Assembly (NCBI GenBank): GCA_963788565.1
Contig: CAWBHJ010000014.1
Location: 40,374-104,373 of the forward strand
Reading direction: 5' to 3'
DNA: 64,000 nt
From: an uncultured Solirubrobacterales bacterium
GTDB lineage: Bacteria > Actinomycetota > Thermoleophilia > Solirubrobacterales > Solirubrobacteraceae
Shown here: positions 27,210-36,804 of the stretch, in pieces
How the letters are laid out: the number at the start of each line of letters is the position of its first letter
Position numbering within the stretch: position 1 is the stretch's first letter
Position numbers and translations under genes: made by a program
The notes under the pieces: model-generated
The model's input: the letters and a program-made list of their open reading frames with translations, nothing else
The model's database searches: none
Told to the model about the DNA's origin: nothing

Positions 27210-29815
27210 GCCGCGTTTGCGCAGATCGGTCGCTACGCCTGATCGCGGGCGCGGCGGCGGCGGTCCTCGTCGCGTCGGCAGCGATCGCCGCCGGGGCCGC
27301 TGCCGCTCCCGGCTTTCACTACGCGGTCCCGGTGCAGCAGAGCTCGCCGTGGCCGACGATGCGCCGTGACCTGCGCAACACCGCCTCGAGCCCGATCGTC
27401 GGCCGCTACCAGGGCGGCCGTCCGTGGGCATTCAAGACCGGGAAGGGGATCTTCTCGACGCCGGTGATCGGCGGGAACGGGACCGCCTACTTCGGCTCCG
27501 CCGACACCTACTTCTACGCGGTCAACGGCGCCGGCAAGCAGGTGTGGCGGTTCAAGACGGGCAACCTGATCGACTCGGCCGGCTTCGTCGGTGCCTGGAG
27601 CCCGCGGCTGCGCACGAACCCGGTGGCCGTCCCGTCCGGCGACACGCACCTCTATCTGATCCGCAGCGACGCGCGTCAGATGCCGAGGGCCAAGCGGATC
27701 ATCTGGACGTACACGCCGCCGAACGGCAAGTCGCCGCTCGGCGAGACGCAGCTCGTCAACTGGTGGGAGGGGAACGCCGAACCGGGGCCCGACGGCACGA
27801 TCTACGCCGGCAGCACCGGCGACGCCGCCTACGCCCTCACCCCAGGCGGGAAGCTCAAGTGGGTCTACCGGTCGATCGGCCCGTTCTGGACCGACCCGGC
27901 GATCGAGCCCAACGGCACCACCTACTGGGGCTCGCTCGATCTCCAGGTACACGCGCTGAACGCGGCCGGCAAGGACCTCTGGCGGTTCCCGACCGGGGGC
28001 TTCGTGACCTCGTCACCGGCGCTCGACAACGAGGGCACGCTGTACGTGGGCTCGTTCGACTCGAACCTCTACGCGCTCGACGCCGCCACCGGGCTGGCGA
28101 AGTGGAAGTTCACCACCGGCGACCATATCTACGGCTCGCCGGCGCTCGACGAGGACGCACAGGGACACGTACGTGCCATCTACATCGGCTCGACCGATGG
28201 GCGGATGTACGCCGTCAGCCCGACCGGGAAGGAGCTCTGGGCCTACGACACCGGCGACGTGATCCGGTCCTCGCCGGTGATCGGGCTCGCCCCCGACGGC
28301 GTTCACCGGATCGTCTACTTCGGCGCCGGCAACGGCGTCCTGTACGCGCTGAATGCCACCGACGGCAGCCGCCGGTGGTCGTATGACACGACCCGGCCCG
28401 ACCCGATCCTGCGCGATCGCAACGACCTCAACAGCTCGCCGGCGCTGACCCGGACGGGCGTCGTGATCGGCGGCGAGGACGGCTACCTCAAGTACGTCCC
28501 CTACGACTACTGCCTGCACCGTCGCGATCCCCGCTGCAGCACCAGCCCGGGAGACGCGTTCCCGCCGGTCCTGAACCGGGTTTACGCGGTCACCTCCGGC
28601 GGCAACACGCAGCTGGGCGGAGGCGCACAGCCGGTGGGGCCGGCGTCGGTGATGCCGCTGCGCCTGGTCGTGCGCTCGAACGGCGAAACCCTCGACGCCT
28701 CGATGCAGCCGCTCCCCGACGCGGCATCGCTGGTCCAGACGAGCCCGCAGTTCCCGTTCACCGCGCAGCTGTCCGGCGACGGCCACTACATGTTCGTCGT
28801 GCCCGACGGCTTCCTGACGCCGGGGCGCGACTACACGATCAAGCTGGCGGGCCATTACACCGCGAACGGGCTCTCGGTCGGTGACATCCGGCTCGGGGGC
28901 ACCAGCGTCGGCAGCTTCGGCAGCGGCGTGAGCTACCACGTCGCGCCGCCCGCGGGACCGCTCCCACTCCACAACCGCCCCGGCCGCGTGGCCGCGTTCC
29001 GGCTGACGCGGCTCGCTTTCCCGCTGCCCGCGCTGTTGACGAGCGTCAACCAGATCGGCTTCGACCAGTACAACCTGATCGTCGGCGCGCTCACGATCAA
29101 GCCCACGGGCGCGGGCTCCGGCTCGATCCTGCTGTGGGCTGTCGGCGCTCGGCCCGGTCCGAACGGTGCTCAGCAGGTCGACCCGCACACGACGCTGACG
29201 TTCCCGCTCGCGGGCGGCTACCAGCACGACTCGCTGCTCCTGCAATCACAGAACACGACGCTGACGTTCAGCTTCGGCCCGGTCCCGGCGCAGCGGCTGG
29301 TGGTCCGCGCCCAGCTCTCGCGGTCGCTCGTCGCTCGCCCCGGCGCCGACATCTATGCCGAGGTCAGCTGTCCCGACGTGCCCTTCTACGGGCCGCTGCT
29401 GCCGACGCTGCGGCTCTGCAACAACCAGGACAAGCTGATCTCCAACGGGACGTTCGTCACGAGCGCTTATGGCTCGAGGGGCACGGCCAACCAGCGTCCG
29501 CGCGGCCTCGGCGTCGCCGGCGTGACGCTCAGGCGGCCGACCGCCGTGGCGGCGGGAAGCGCGGTCGCGACGCTCACGCTCGCCCGCGGCGCCCATTACC
29601 CCGCCGCGAATCACCTCGTCTCGGTCGTCCTCACCGACGCCACCACGGGCGCGCCGGTCGGGCTCAACTACTCCGCGAACGTCAAGAACGTCGCCGACGG
29701 CCACGGCGACATCGAGCGCGCCGAGCTGACGATCCCCGCCGGGACGTCGCTCCCGGCGAAGGTTCGCGCCTACGTCGTCGCCGACGTCTTCCCGCTGGGC
29801 CAGTACGGGCTGTAA
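27161..29815 (+). CDS. Secreted PQQ-like (BamB-type) beta-propeller protein fused to a ~400-aa uncharacterised C-terminal region
   Basis: The N-terminus is hydrophobic (LIAGAAAAVLVASAAIAAGAAAA). PQQ-type blades repeat: TAYFGSADTYFYAVNGAGKQVWRF, TLYVGSFDSNLYALDAATGLAKWKF, AIYIGSTDGRMYAVSPTGKELWAY, IVYFGAGNGVLYALNATDGSRRW. The only in-frame starts are the GTGs at 27161 and 27167, which overlap the upstream gene by ~45 nt. Confidence 0.8.
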   Translation: MGVGTGSRPRGARVLLGRVCADRSLRLIAGAAAAVLVASAAIAAGAAAAPGFHYAVPVQQSSPWPTMRRDLRNTASSPIVGRYQGGRPWAFKTGKGIFSTPVIGGNGTAYFGSADTYFYAVNGAGKQVWRFKTGNLIDSAGFVGAWSPRLRTNPVAVPSGDTHLYLIRSDARQMPRAKRIIWTYTPPNGKSPLGETQLVNWWEGNAEPGPDGTIYAGSTGDAAYALTPGGKLKWVYRSIGPFWTDPAIEPNGTTYWGSLDLQVHALNAAGKDLWRFPTGGFVTSSPALDNEGTLYVGSFDSNLYALDAATGLAKWKFTTGDHIYGSPALDEDAQGHVRAIYIGSTDGRMYAVSPTGKELWAYDTGDVIRSSPVIGLAPDGVHRIVYFGAGNGVLYALNATDGSRRWSYDTTRPDPILRDRNDLNSSPALTRTGVVIGGEDGYLKYVPYDYCLHRRDPRCSTSPGDAFPPVLNRVYAVTSGGNTQLGGGAQPVGPASVMPLRLVVRSNGETLDASMQPLPDAASLVQTSPQFPFTAQLSGDGHYMFVVPDGFLTPGRDYTIKLAGHYTANGLSVGDIRLGGTSVGSFGSGVSYHVAPPAGPLPLHNRPGRVAAFRLTRLAFPLPALLTSVNQIGFDQYNLIVGALTIKPTGAGSGSILLWAVGARPGPNGAQQVDPHTTLTFPLAGGYQHDSLLLQSQNTTLTFSFGPVPAQRLVVRAQLSRSLVARPGADIYAEVSCPDVPFYGPLLPTLRLCNNQDKLISNGTFVTSAYGSRGTANQRPRGLGVAGVTLRRPTAVAAGSAVATLTLARGAHYPAANHLVSVVLTDATTGAPVGLNYSANVKNVADGHGDIERAELTIPAGTSLPAKVRAYVVADVFPLGQYGL

Positions 29816-29878
29816 CCGCTAGGCCCGGTCGTCGCGGCGGCCGTAGTGTCAGATTTGTTACTCATCGTCCGCGACGGT

Positions 29879-29906
29879 TTGTAATCACACTTGCGAGCCG
29901 TATTAT
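29879..29906 (+). promoter_or_regulatory. Sigma-70-like promoter for the RHS gene
   Basis: TTGTAA, a 16-nt spacer, then TATTAT, within a locally AT-enriched intergenic patch. It lies ~65 nt upstream of the ATG at 29972. Confidence 0.45.
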
Positions 29907-29971
29907 CTGCGCGGGCTCGGGCCGGATGGCGAGCTGGGGACCGGTAGGCACAAACTCTTTGGGGGCGCACG

Positions 29972-32900
29972 ATGGTGGGGTTCTGCGCGGGTACAGGTCG
30001 CCGAGTCGGCCTCGTTCTTCTGCTGGTGTTCGTGGCGGCCGGCGTGTTCGTCGCGACGTCCGACGCCGGTGCGACGCCGTCGCGGCATCGTGCAGCCGAG
30101 AGGCGCGCGCCGTCGGTACGACGGCGGCCGAAGGCCTCCGCCCGCCGCTGGCGTCGAGCTGCGCACCATGGTCGGCGGGCGTCCCGCTCCCGGAGCCGGG
30201 CCCGCGCCCGCGCGGCGACGGCGGCTCCGGCCGGCACCGTCGCCGTCGTTCCCCAGGGCCAGACGTTCGGGAGCGCGAGCCTGGCCGTCAATCCGACCGC
30301 GGTCGAGGACAACGTGAACACGTACACGGGCGCGCTCGAGACGAGCCATACCGACATTCGGGTGGCCGGGATCGGCGTCCCGTTCGCGCTGACCCGTCAG
30401 TACAACTCACGAGACGTGTCCGTCAAGGGGACGTTCGGGTGGGGCTGGTCGTCGATCCTCGATCTCGGAGTTCAGTTCTCACAAACGGGGACCCGCGCGA
30501 TCGTCTCCGGGGTCGACGGGCAGCAGGCGGGCTTCACCTACCAGACGTCGAGCAAGTCCTGGCTCCGCGACCCGGGCGTACGCGCGAGCCTCACGTGCAG
30601 TGGACCGGCGACGAATGGAAAGGCGCCGAGCTCCTGCACCGTCACCAGCTTCTCGGACGGCAGCAACTGGACGCTGAGCAACGGTTTCGTGACCGGCGAC
30701 CGCGCCGCCGACGGGCAGGGACTGACGTTCGGGTACGACGGCAGCCATCAGATCAACACGATCACGGTCGACACGAGCGCCTCCACGCCGTTCGTGATCC
30801 GCCTGACCCGTAACTCCAACGGCCGGGTGACAAAGCTCGCGACGCCGACCCGCTCGGTGTCCTACGCATACGACTCCGCCGGCGACCTCTCGTCGGTCAC
30901 CGATCCAGCCGGCACCAGCTGGCGGATGACCTATCAGAGCGGGCACCTGCTGACGGCGGTCGGCGCCTACGCCTCTGCGAGCGCGTCCTCGGGAACCACG
31001 ACCCTCACCGCGACGTACAACAGCTCGACGGGCCGCGTCGCCTCGTCGACGGAATCCGACGGGCCGCAGCTGCACAACGCGGTGTTCACGTGGACCCCGG
31101 GATCCGCCGCCGGCTCTGGGACCGCCGGTCGCGAGGAGCTCGCCGATGTCGCCGGCACCGTCAAGCGGGTGACCTACACGGACAGCTACCAGGGTGGCGC
31201 GATCGCCAAGCGGATCGACCCGCTTGGCCACCATGCCACGGTGGACACCTGGAACTCCGACCTCGACCTCGTGTCGGTCGTCAACCCGCTCGGCTCGACC
31301 GAGACGATGACCTACGACGCGTTCGGCGACGAGCTGTCTGACTCGCAAACGCTCGATTCCTCCGGCGACACCTCGAAGGCGACGTACAGCTACGACGGCC
31401 GCCACCGCCTGATCTCGGCGACGAAGGCGGTCACGAGCTCGCTGAGCGATACGACCTCTTACAGCTACAACTCGGCGAACGAACTTGCCTCCAGCTCGAG
31501 CTCGGGCGCTGGCACGACGACGTACACCTACACCGGCCGCGGACTGCTCGCCACGAAGAAGGATCCCGCGGGGAACGTCACGACCTACACGTACGACGCC
31601 GCCGGCAACCTCGCGAACGAGATCGTGAAGGCGTCGTCGGGCGCCACGCCCGAGGGCAACGGGCCCCTCTACCGCTACGACGAGGCCGGCGACCAGGTGC
31701 TGTCGGTGCCGGCGGTGGGGAACACGGGTGGGGGCAACTACGTCACGGCCGACGCGACCACCACGACCTACTCGCCCGACGGTCAGGAGACGAGCGTCAC
31801 TTCTCCCGGCGGCGCGACCGCCACCACGGCGTATGCCCCCGACGGCCAGGTGAGCGCGTCGACGGACCCGGCTCAGAACAAGACGACCTACGCGTGGTCA
31901 TCGCTGAAGCTTCCCGGAGGGGCCAACGGCGCGCAGAAGACGACGACCGGGCCGGCGGGCACGACGATCGACGTGTACGACCCGAGCGGGAACGTCCTCT
32001 CGAGCACGCCGCCTCAACCCAGCAAGACGGTCTCCGGCAAGCCGTCGGGAGTGGTGACCGACACCTACAACGCCGACGAGCAGCTCGCGTCGCGCACGAA
32101 CGGGCAGGGGATCGGCACCAGCTACCAGCTCGACGCGGTCGGTGACGTCGTCTCGAGCTCGAGCCGCGGGGTCGTCACGACCGCGACGTACAACCTCGTC
32201 GGCTGGGCGACCGGGACGTCGACCACGACCCGCAGCTACGACCCGAACCAGGACTCTGCCGGCGGAACCTCGACCCCGGACACGACCACGACCAAGACGA
32301 CCTACGACCTGGCGGGCGACGTCGTCTCCAAGCAGGACGCCGCAGGCGGCACGACCAAGTACGCGTATGTCGCCGGTCACCACGTCGGTTCGGTCACCGA
32401 CCACTACGGCACGACGAAGTACAACTACGACGCGATGGGTGACAAGACCTCGGTCACGTCTCCCAGCGGCGGCGTTACGAGCTACACGTACGACGCGCTC
32501 GGTCGCGAGACCGCGCAGACGATCGGCGCGCAGACGTGGACGATCGCCTACGACGCCGACGGCAACCCGATCCAGACGGGCGATCCCGACGGCCGCACGG
32601 CGAAGTACACGTACGACGCCTCGAACCGCAAGACGAGCGTGACCTATTCGTGGGCGTCGGGCCACTCGGGACCGCAGGCTCCGCCGGTCCACTGGACCTA
32701 CGACAAGTTCGGCGAGCGGACGCTGATGACCGACGGCCAGGGCAAGCACCAGTACAGCTACGACAACCAGGGCCGCCTGGTGAGGCAGGAGACGGATCCG
32801 ACGACCGGCGCCGCGGCCGTGTTCACCTACAACTACTCGACGCCCAACCAGCTGCTCGAAACGTACCCGGACGGCGCCGCGATCACCTACAAGACCGACG

Positions 32901-33529
32901 ACGGTGGCAACCTGCTGAGCCTTTCGGTGCCCGCCCAGAAAGACGGCTCGCCCGCGTTCAAGACCGGGTCGACGCTGCCGAACACGCTCGTGACCCAGGG
33001 GTCATCCTCGGCCGCGACGTCGGGCTCGAGCGCCGGCAAGTCCACGACCATGCAGCCATCGGGAACCCTGTATCCAGACAACGAGTTCGGCTACATGTTC
33101 ACGACTCCGTCGCAGAGCTCGATCACCACTCAGCCGACGTTCGCCACGGGCGACGCGTTCTACTCGGCGAGCATGGTCAACAACGCGGACTCGTCGAATC
33201 CCGACAACCCGCAGGCCGCGTATGAGGGGCAGTCGGATGCCAACGGGAACCTGCTCGAGGAGCTCTGGCAGCCGCTGCCGTCGGCCGCCAGCGGCGGGAC
33301 CGACACCAGCTCGGCGGCGACCTACTACGGCTACAACGGCGGGGCGGTCGACGCTCCCGTGTCCGAGCCGGCCGGCAACGGTACCGCGGGAGTCCGCCTG
33401 ACCTCCTACAACTTCGGTTATTCCGACTCCGTCCAGGGCCAATCCGGAGCGGGTGGAACCTACGCGTACAACGCGGCCGGCGAGCCCACTTCGATCACCG
33501 CTCAGAACGGCCCACAGGAGTGGACCCTC
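29972..33529 (+). CDS. RHS/YD-repeat polymorphic-toxin-like protein, N-terminal and shell portion (reading frame breaks near 33530)
   Basis: The N-terminal signal/anchor is VGLVLLLVFVAAGVFVATSDAGA. The RHS N-plug region is FALTRQYNSRD...GTFGWGWSS. There are many YD repeats: SYAYDSAGDL, TYTYDAAGNL, YRYDEAGDQ, YNYDAMGDK, YTYDALGRE, IAYDADGNP, YSYDNQGRL. Beyond ~33530 this frame becomes Arg-rich nonsense. Confidence 0.85.
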
Positions 33530-33530
33530 C

Positions 33531-35654
33531 GTGTCCTGGACGCTCGGGTACGCCAGCAACGGCGAGATCAACAGCGTCTCCAGCACGGCGACCACGGACA
33601 CCGGCCAGGCGCCACAGTACGGCTACGACCGCGCCGGCAACCTGACCGAGAGCTACCTCGCGCCGCCCCACGCAAGCCTCGTCTCGTCGGGCACCGACTG
33701 GACCTTCAAGTACGACAACGCGGGTCAGCTCGCCACGGCGAGCGCGGACGGGAACCAGATCACCTACTCCTACGACGGCGACGGCAACCTCGTCAGCGAG
33801 AACGAGGTGGAGGGCGGCGTCCTCAACCTCGCCAGCTACAACCTGACGTGGGACCCCCGCACCGAAAAGCCGCAGCTGGCCGAGGTCGACGAGCCCAGCG
33901 AGTCCGGCGGCCAGCACCAGCGGTACTTCTGGGGGAACGGCCTGGTTGGGGTGGAGTCGAGCGCGGCCGGCGCCGGCGGCGAGAACTTCGTCGTCCACAA
34001 CAACCAGAACGGCACGCCGACGATGATCAGCAACACCGCCGGCCAGAGCGTCGGCACGATCTTCGACGACCCCTACGGCAACTACCTCAACGGCACGACC
34101 GAGCTCGTCCGGGGCGACGGCTCCGGCCAGCCCGAGCTGATCGGCTTCGACGGCTCGTACAGCGATCCGCTGACGACGCTCGATCTGATGGGCTCTCGCT
34201 GGTACAACCCGGCCCTGGGGATGTTCATGAGCCGGCCGAGCGCCACGGCGCCGGACACGGGCAGCTCCTCGATGACCTCGGGCGCGAACTCAACGGTCTC
34301 GCAGGGTATGTCGGCCTCGCCCGGCACCGCTTCATCGTTGCCGGTCGCTCCGGCGGCCACCAGCTACGTGTTCGCCGCCGACGATCCGACCGCCGAAGCG
34401 CAGCCAACGGGGAACACGCTCGCCCCAGCGGGTACGGCGACGCAGTTCGCGGGAACCTCGGGGTCTGAGTCGATCGTTTCGAAGGCGTCGGTGGTCAAGC
34501 CGTTCATCAGCGGTCCGCTGGCGGCGCTGTTCGTGATTTCGCCGTTGAAGCTCGCGTTCAAGGGCCTGTCGGGCGAGCTGAGCCAGTCTCCCAACGCCGC
34601 GGTGCAGGCGGCGGCCGGCACCGAGGGTGCGTTGGCGGGGAGCACGGCTCCCGAGGCAGCGGCGCTCGAGGCCCAGGCGGGCAACGACGCCTCTGATCTC
34701 GCGACCGCGGGCAAGGACGCGGCGAGGGCCGCCTCGAAGACCGGCTGGATCGCCGGTGCGCTCGGAAAGGTGATCACCGTCGGGGCGATCTCGTACACGA
34801 CATATGAGACCGAGCAGACCTGTGCGACCTCCGGGGGTCTTCAGTGCGCGGGGGCGATCCTCGGCGAGGTGATCAGCTACGGCGCGTTGGCGGCATGCGA
34901 GGCGGCCACCGACGGCGTCGCGACGATCGGCTGCGGAATCCTGCAGAACGCGCTGGCGAACATCGTGCCGCTGATCGTCACCGGCAACGGGCAGGCGTTG
35001 CTCGACTCCGTCATGTTCAACAGCGGATTCAGCCTGAACGACGGCGAGACGCTGGCGGGCCAGCTGATCCTCGCTTCGGCATTGGGGCCGTGGGGCGCGG
35101 CCGCGCTGCTCGGGGAGGTGACATACGCCAACTGGTCGTCGATCCAGAGCGGGCTCGTGACCGCGGGTGACCAGCTCCTGTCCGGCCTGGAGACGGCGGG
35201 CGAGCTGTACCTGATGCCGTACGAACTGGCCGGAGGGTACGTCGTCAGCGGGATCTCGACGGCGGGCGAGGAGATCGCGAGCGGGCTGTCGGGCCTCGCT
35301 TCGGAGCTCAGCAGCCTGAACTTCTCGGCCCTCGCGAGCGAGATCGCGAACCTCGGGAGCCAGGCGGCGTCGGTCGCCGACAGCGTCGGCTCGGCGCTGT
35401 GCGACTTCGCTCAGGACTTCTCGTGCTTCTTCTCGTCGGTGTTCGCCCTGAAGGCTCAGGAGCGGGCGGCGCGGTTGGCGGCGAGCGAGGCGCGAGTTCC
35501 GTCTGGCGCAGGCGGCTCCAGAGGGCCGCGGGCGGCCCACGCGCCGTTGCACCTGAAGCCGCTCAATCTCAGTCGAGCGCAGCGAGCGATCGTGAGGCGG
35601 GCGGTGCCACCGCAGGCGCTCCCGCGCGCCGGGCTGCCGGTACTGTCGCAATAG
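33531..35654 (+). CDS. RHS protein continuation in the +1 frame: last YD repeats, RHS-associated core, and a ~470-aa Gly/Ala/Ser-rich hydrophobic C-terminal domain
   Basis: YGYDRAGNL, FKYDNAGQL and YSYDGDGNL are YD repeats. The core end reads HNNQNGTPTMISN..GQSVGTIFDDPYGN...GFDGSYSDPLTTLDLMGSRWYNPALGMFMSRP. No credible independent start exists; the GTG at 33453 lies in junk sequence. Confidence 0.8.
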   Translation: MSWTLGYASNGEINSVSSTATTDTGQAPQYGYDRAGNLTESYLAPPHASLVSSGTDWTFKYDNAGQLATASADGNQITYSYDGDGNLVSENEVEGGVLNLASYNLTWDPRTEKPQLAEVDEPSESGGQHQRYFWGNGLVGVESSAAGAGGENFVVHNNQNGTPTMISNTAGQSVGTIFDDPYGNYLNGTTELVRGDGSGQPELIGFDGSYSDPLTTLDLMGSRWYNPALGMFMSRPSATAPDTGSSSMTSGANSTVSQGMSASPGTASSLPVAPAATSYVFAADDPTAEAQPTGNTLAPAGTATQFAGTSGSESIVSKASVVKPFISGPLAALFVISPLKLAFKGLSGELSQSPNAAVQAAAGTEGALAGSTAPEAAALEAQAGNDASDLATAGKDAARAASKTGWIAGALGKVITVGAISYTTYETEQTCATSGGLQCAGAILGEVISYGALAACEAATDGVATIGCGILQNALANIVPLIVTGNGQALLDSVMFNSGFSLNDGETLAGQLILASALGPWGAAALLGEVTYANWSSIQSGLVTAGDQLLSGLETAGELYLMPYELAGGYVVSGISTAGEEIASGLSGLASELSSLNFSALASEIANLGSQAASVADSVGSALCDFAQDFSCFFSSVFALKAQERAARLAASEARVPSGAGGSRGPRAAHAPLHLKPLNLSRAQRAIVRRAVPPQALPRAGLPVLSQ

Positions 35655-35659
35655 AGCCT

Positions 35660-36691
35660 CTAGACCGCGTGGATCTCCACGCCGCTCCCGGCGGCGGGCC
35701 CTAACAGGAGCTCGAGCAGTCGCTCTGCCTCGCCACGTACGGCCCGGGCGTCGGCGCGTCCCAACGGCCCGAACGGTTGCACGTGGAGGGTCTCGCGCTC
35801 CATCCGCCAGGTTCCGGCGACAAAGCCGTCGACGAGGAACGTCCGCATCAGACGGTCTCCGAACACCGCCTGGCGGTATCCGGCGGGGACGATCCGCGTC
35901 CGGTCGGCGTGGGCCAGGATCGCGTTGTCGAACGGGGCGAGGAATCGTGGCGGCGCGGGCGTCTCGGGACCGGGGAGCGGCCCGTCGGGTATGTCGTGAA
36001 GCTCGCGGCCTCGCTCGTCCCGGAAGCTCCGGAGCCGGCCACGGAGGCTGCCTAGGACCCGTTCGATCCCGCGCAGTCCCGACCACGCCTGGATGTCCTG
36101 CACGGTCGCGGGCCCGAACGCCGTGAGGTAGCGCAGCACCAGCTGCTCGAGCGAGTGACCGTCGTCGACGTCGCGCTCCAGCCACGCGGCGGCAGTCAGC
36201 CACCGCGCCTGGCCGCTGCCCCGCCAGAGGCCCCGTGGTGGTACCTGAACCACCGGCTCCAGATAGCTGACGGCGTATGCGAGCGCCTGTGGATCGACGT
36301 CGGGCCAGCGTTGTCCCAGCAACGGACCGAGCTCGGCGCGGCTGTGCGGCCGCTCGGACAGCAGCCGCCGCGCGGCGCCGAGCAGCGCGGCCACGTCGAC
36401 GCCCTCGATCGACTTGCTGAACGGGCTCGCGTCGAAGCCGCGCTGCAGCACCGGGGTCATCAGCGGCCGCAGCCGCTGCCAGTCGCCCGCGGTCACGAGG
36501 TGAAGCGTCGCGCGCATCAGCGGCCCGCGGACCGCGCGACGTTCCGCGATCAGCTTCGAGAGCTCATCCGGCGAGAAGCGCTCGAGCCGCGACCACAGCC
36601 CGAGATACGGGGCCTGAGGCTCCTGCGCCTGCATCCCGACCAGACGCTCGAGCGCGGTGGCCACCGGAAGCGCGCGACGCTCGAGCAGCAT
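35660..36691 (-). CDS. Winged-helix DNA-binding domain protein (HTH_42 / AlkZ-YcaQ-like); the 5' end appears frameshifted
   Basis: ALERLVGMQAQEPQAPYLGLWSRLERF...RGPLMRATLHLV is the family signature. The expected N-terminal RALNR motif is encoded in another frame, in ORF 36564..36761. Confidence 0.72.
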   Translation of the reverse strand: MLLERRALPVATALERLVGMQAQEPQAPYLGLWSRLERFSPDELSKLIAERRAVRGPLMRATLHLVTAGDWQRLRPLMTPVLQRGFDASPFSKSIEGVDVAALLGAARRLLSERPHSRAELGPLLGQRWPDVDPQALAYAVSYLEPVVQVPPRGLWRGSGQARWLTAAAWLERDVDDGHSLEQLVLRYLTAFGPATVQDIQAWSGLRGIERVLGSLRGRLRSFRDERGRELHDIPDGPLPGPETPAPPRFLAPFDNAILAHADRTRIVPAGYRQAVFGDRLMRTFLVDGFVAGTWRMERETLHVQPFGPLGRADARAVRGEAERLLELLLGPAAGSGVEIHAV

Positions 36692-36804
36692 CTGGCGTTC
36701 GAGCAGCGACGCGGTTCAGGGCACGGACACGGAGCGTGCTCGTCGATCGTGCCGCCGCCATGCGCCGAGCTTACGGCCGGGGGATCCAGGTACCGTCGCA
36801 CCGA

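Noticed and set aside
33453-33530. The GTG at 33453 as an independent start for a separate C-terminal RHS gene
   Set aside because: The first ~26 codons (MEPTRTTRPASPLRSPLRTAHRSGPS) are out-of-frame translation of YD-repeat DNA that reads sensibly in the upstream frame, and there is no RBS.
34332-36203. A 623-aa minus-strand ORF, plus similar very long antisense ORFs such as 3427-4773, 10463-11566, 20030-21166, 40622-42448, 55039-56463 and 56727-58157
   Set aside because: They are extremely Arg/Pro/Gly/Ala-rich, run antisense to genes with clear family signatures, and lack any motif. These are typical shadow ORFs of very GC-rich DNA.
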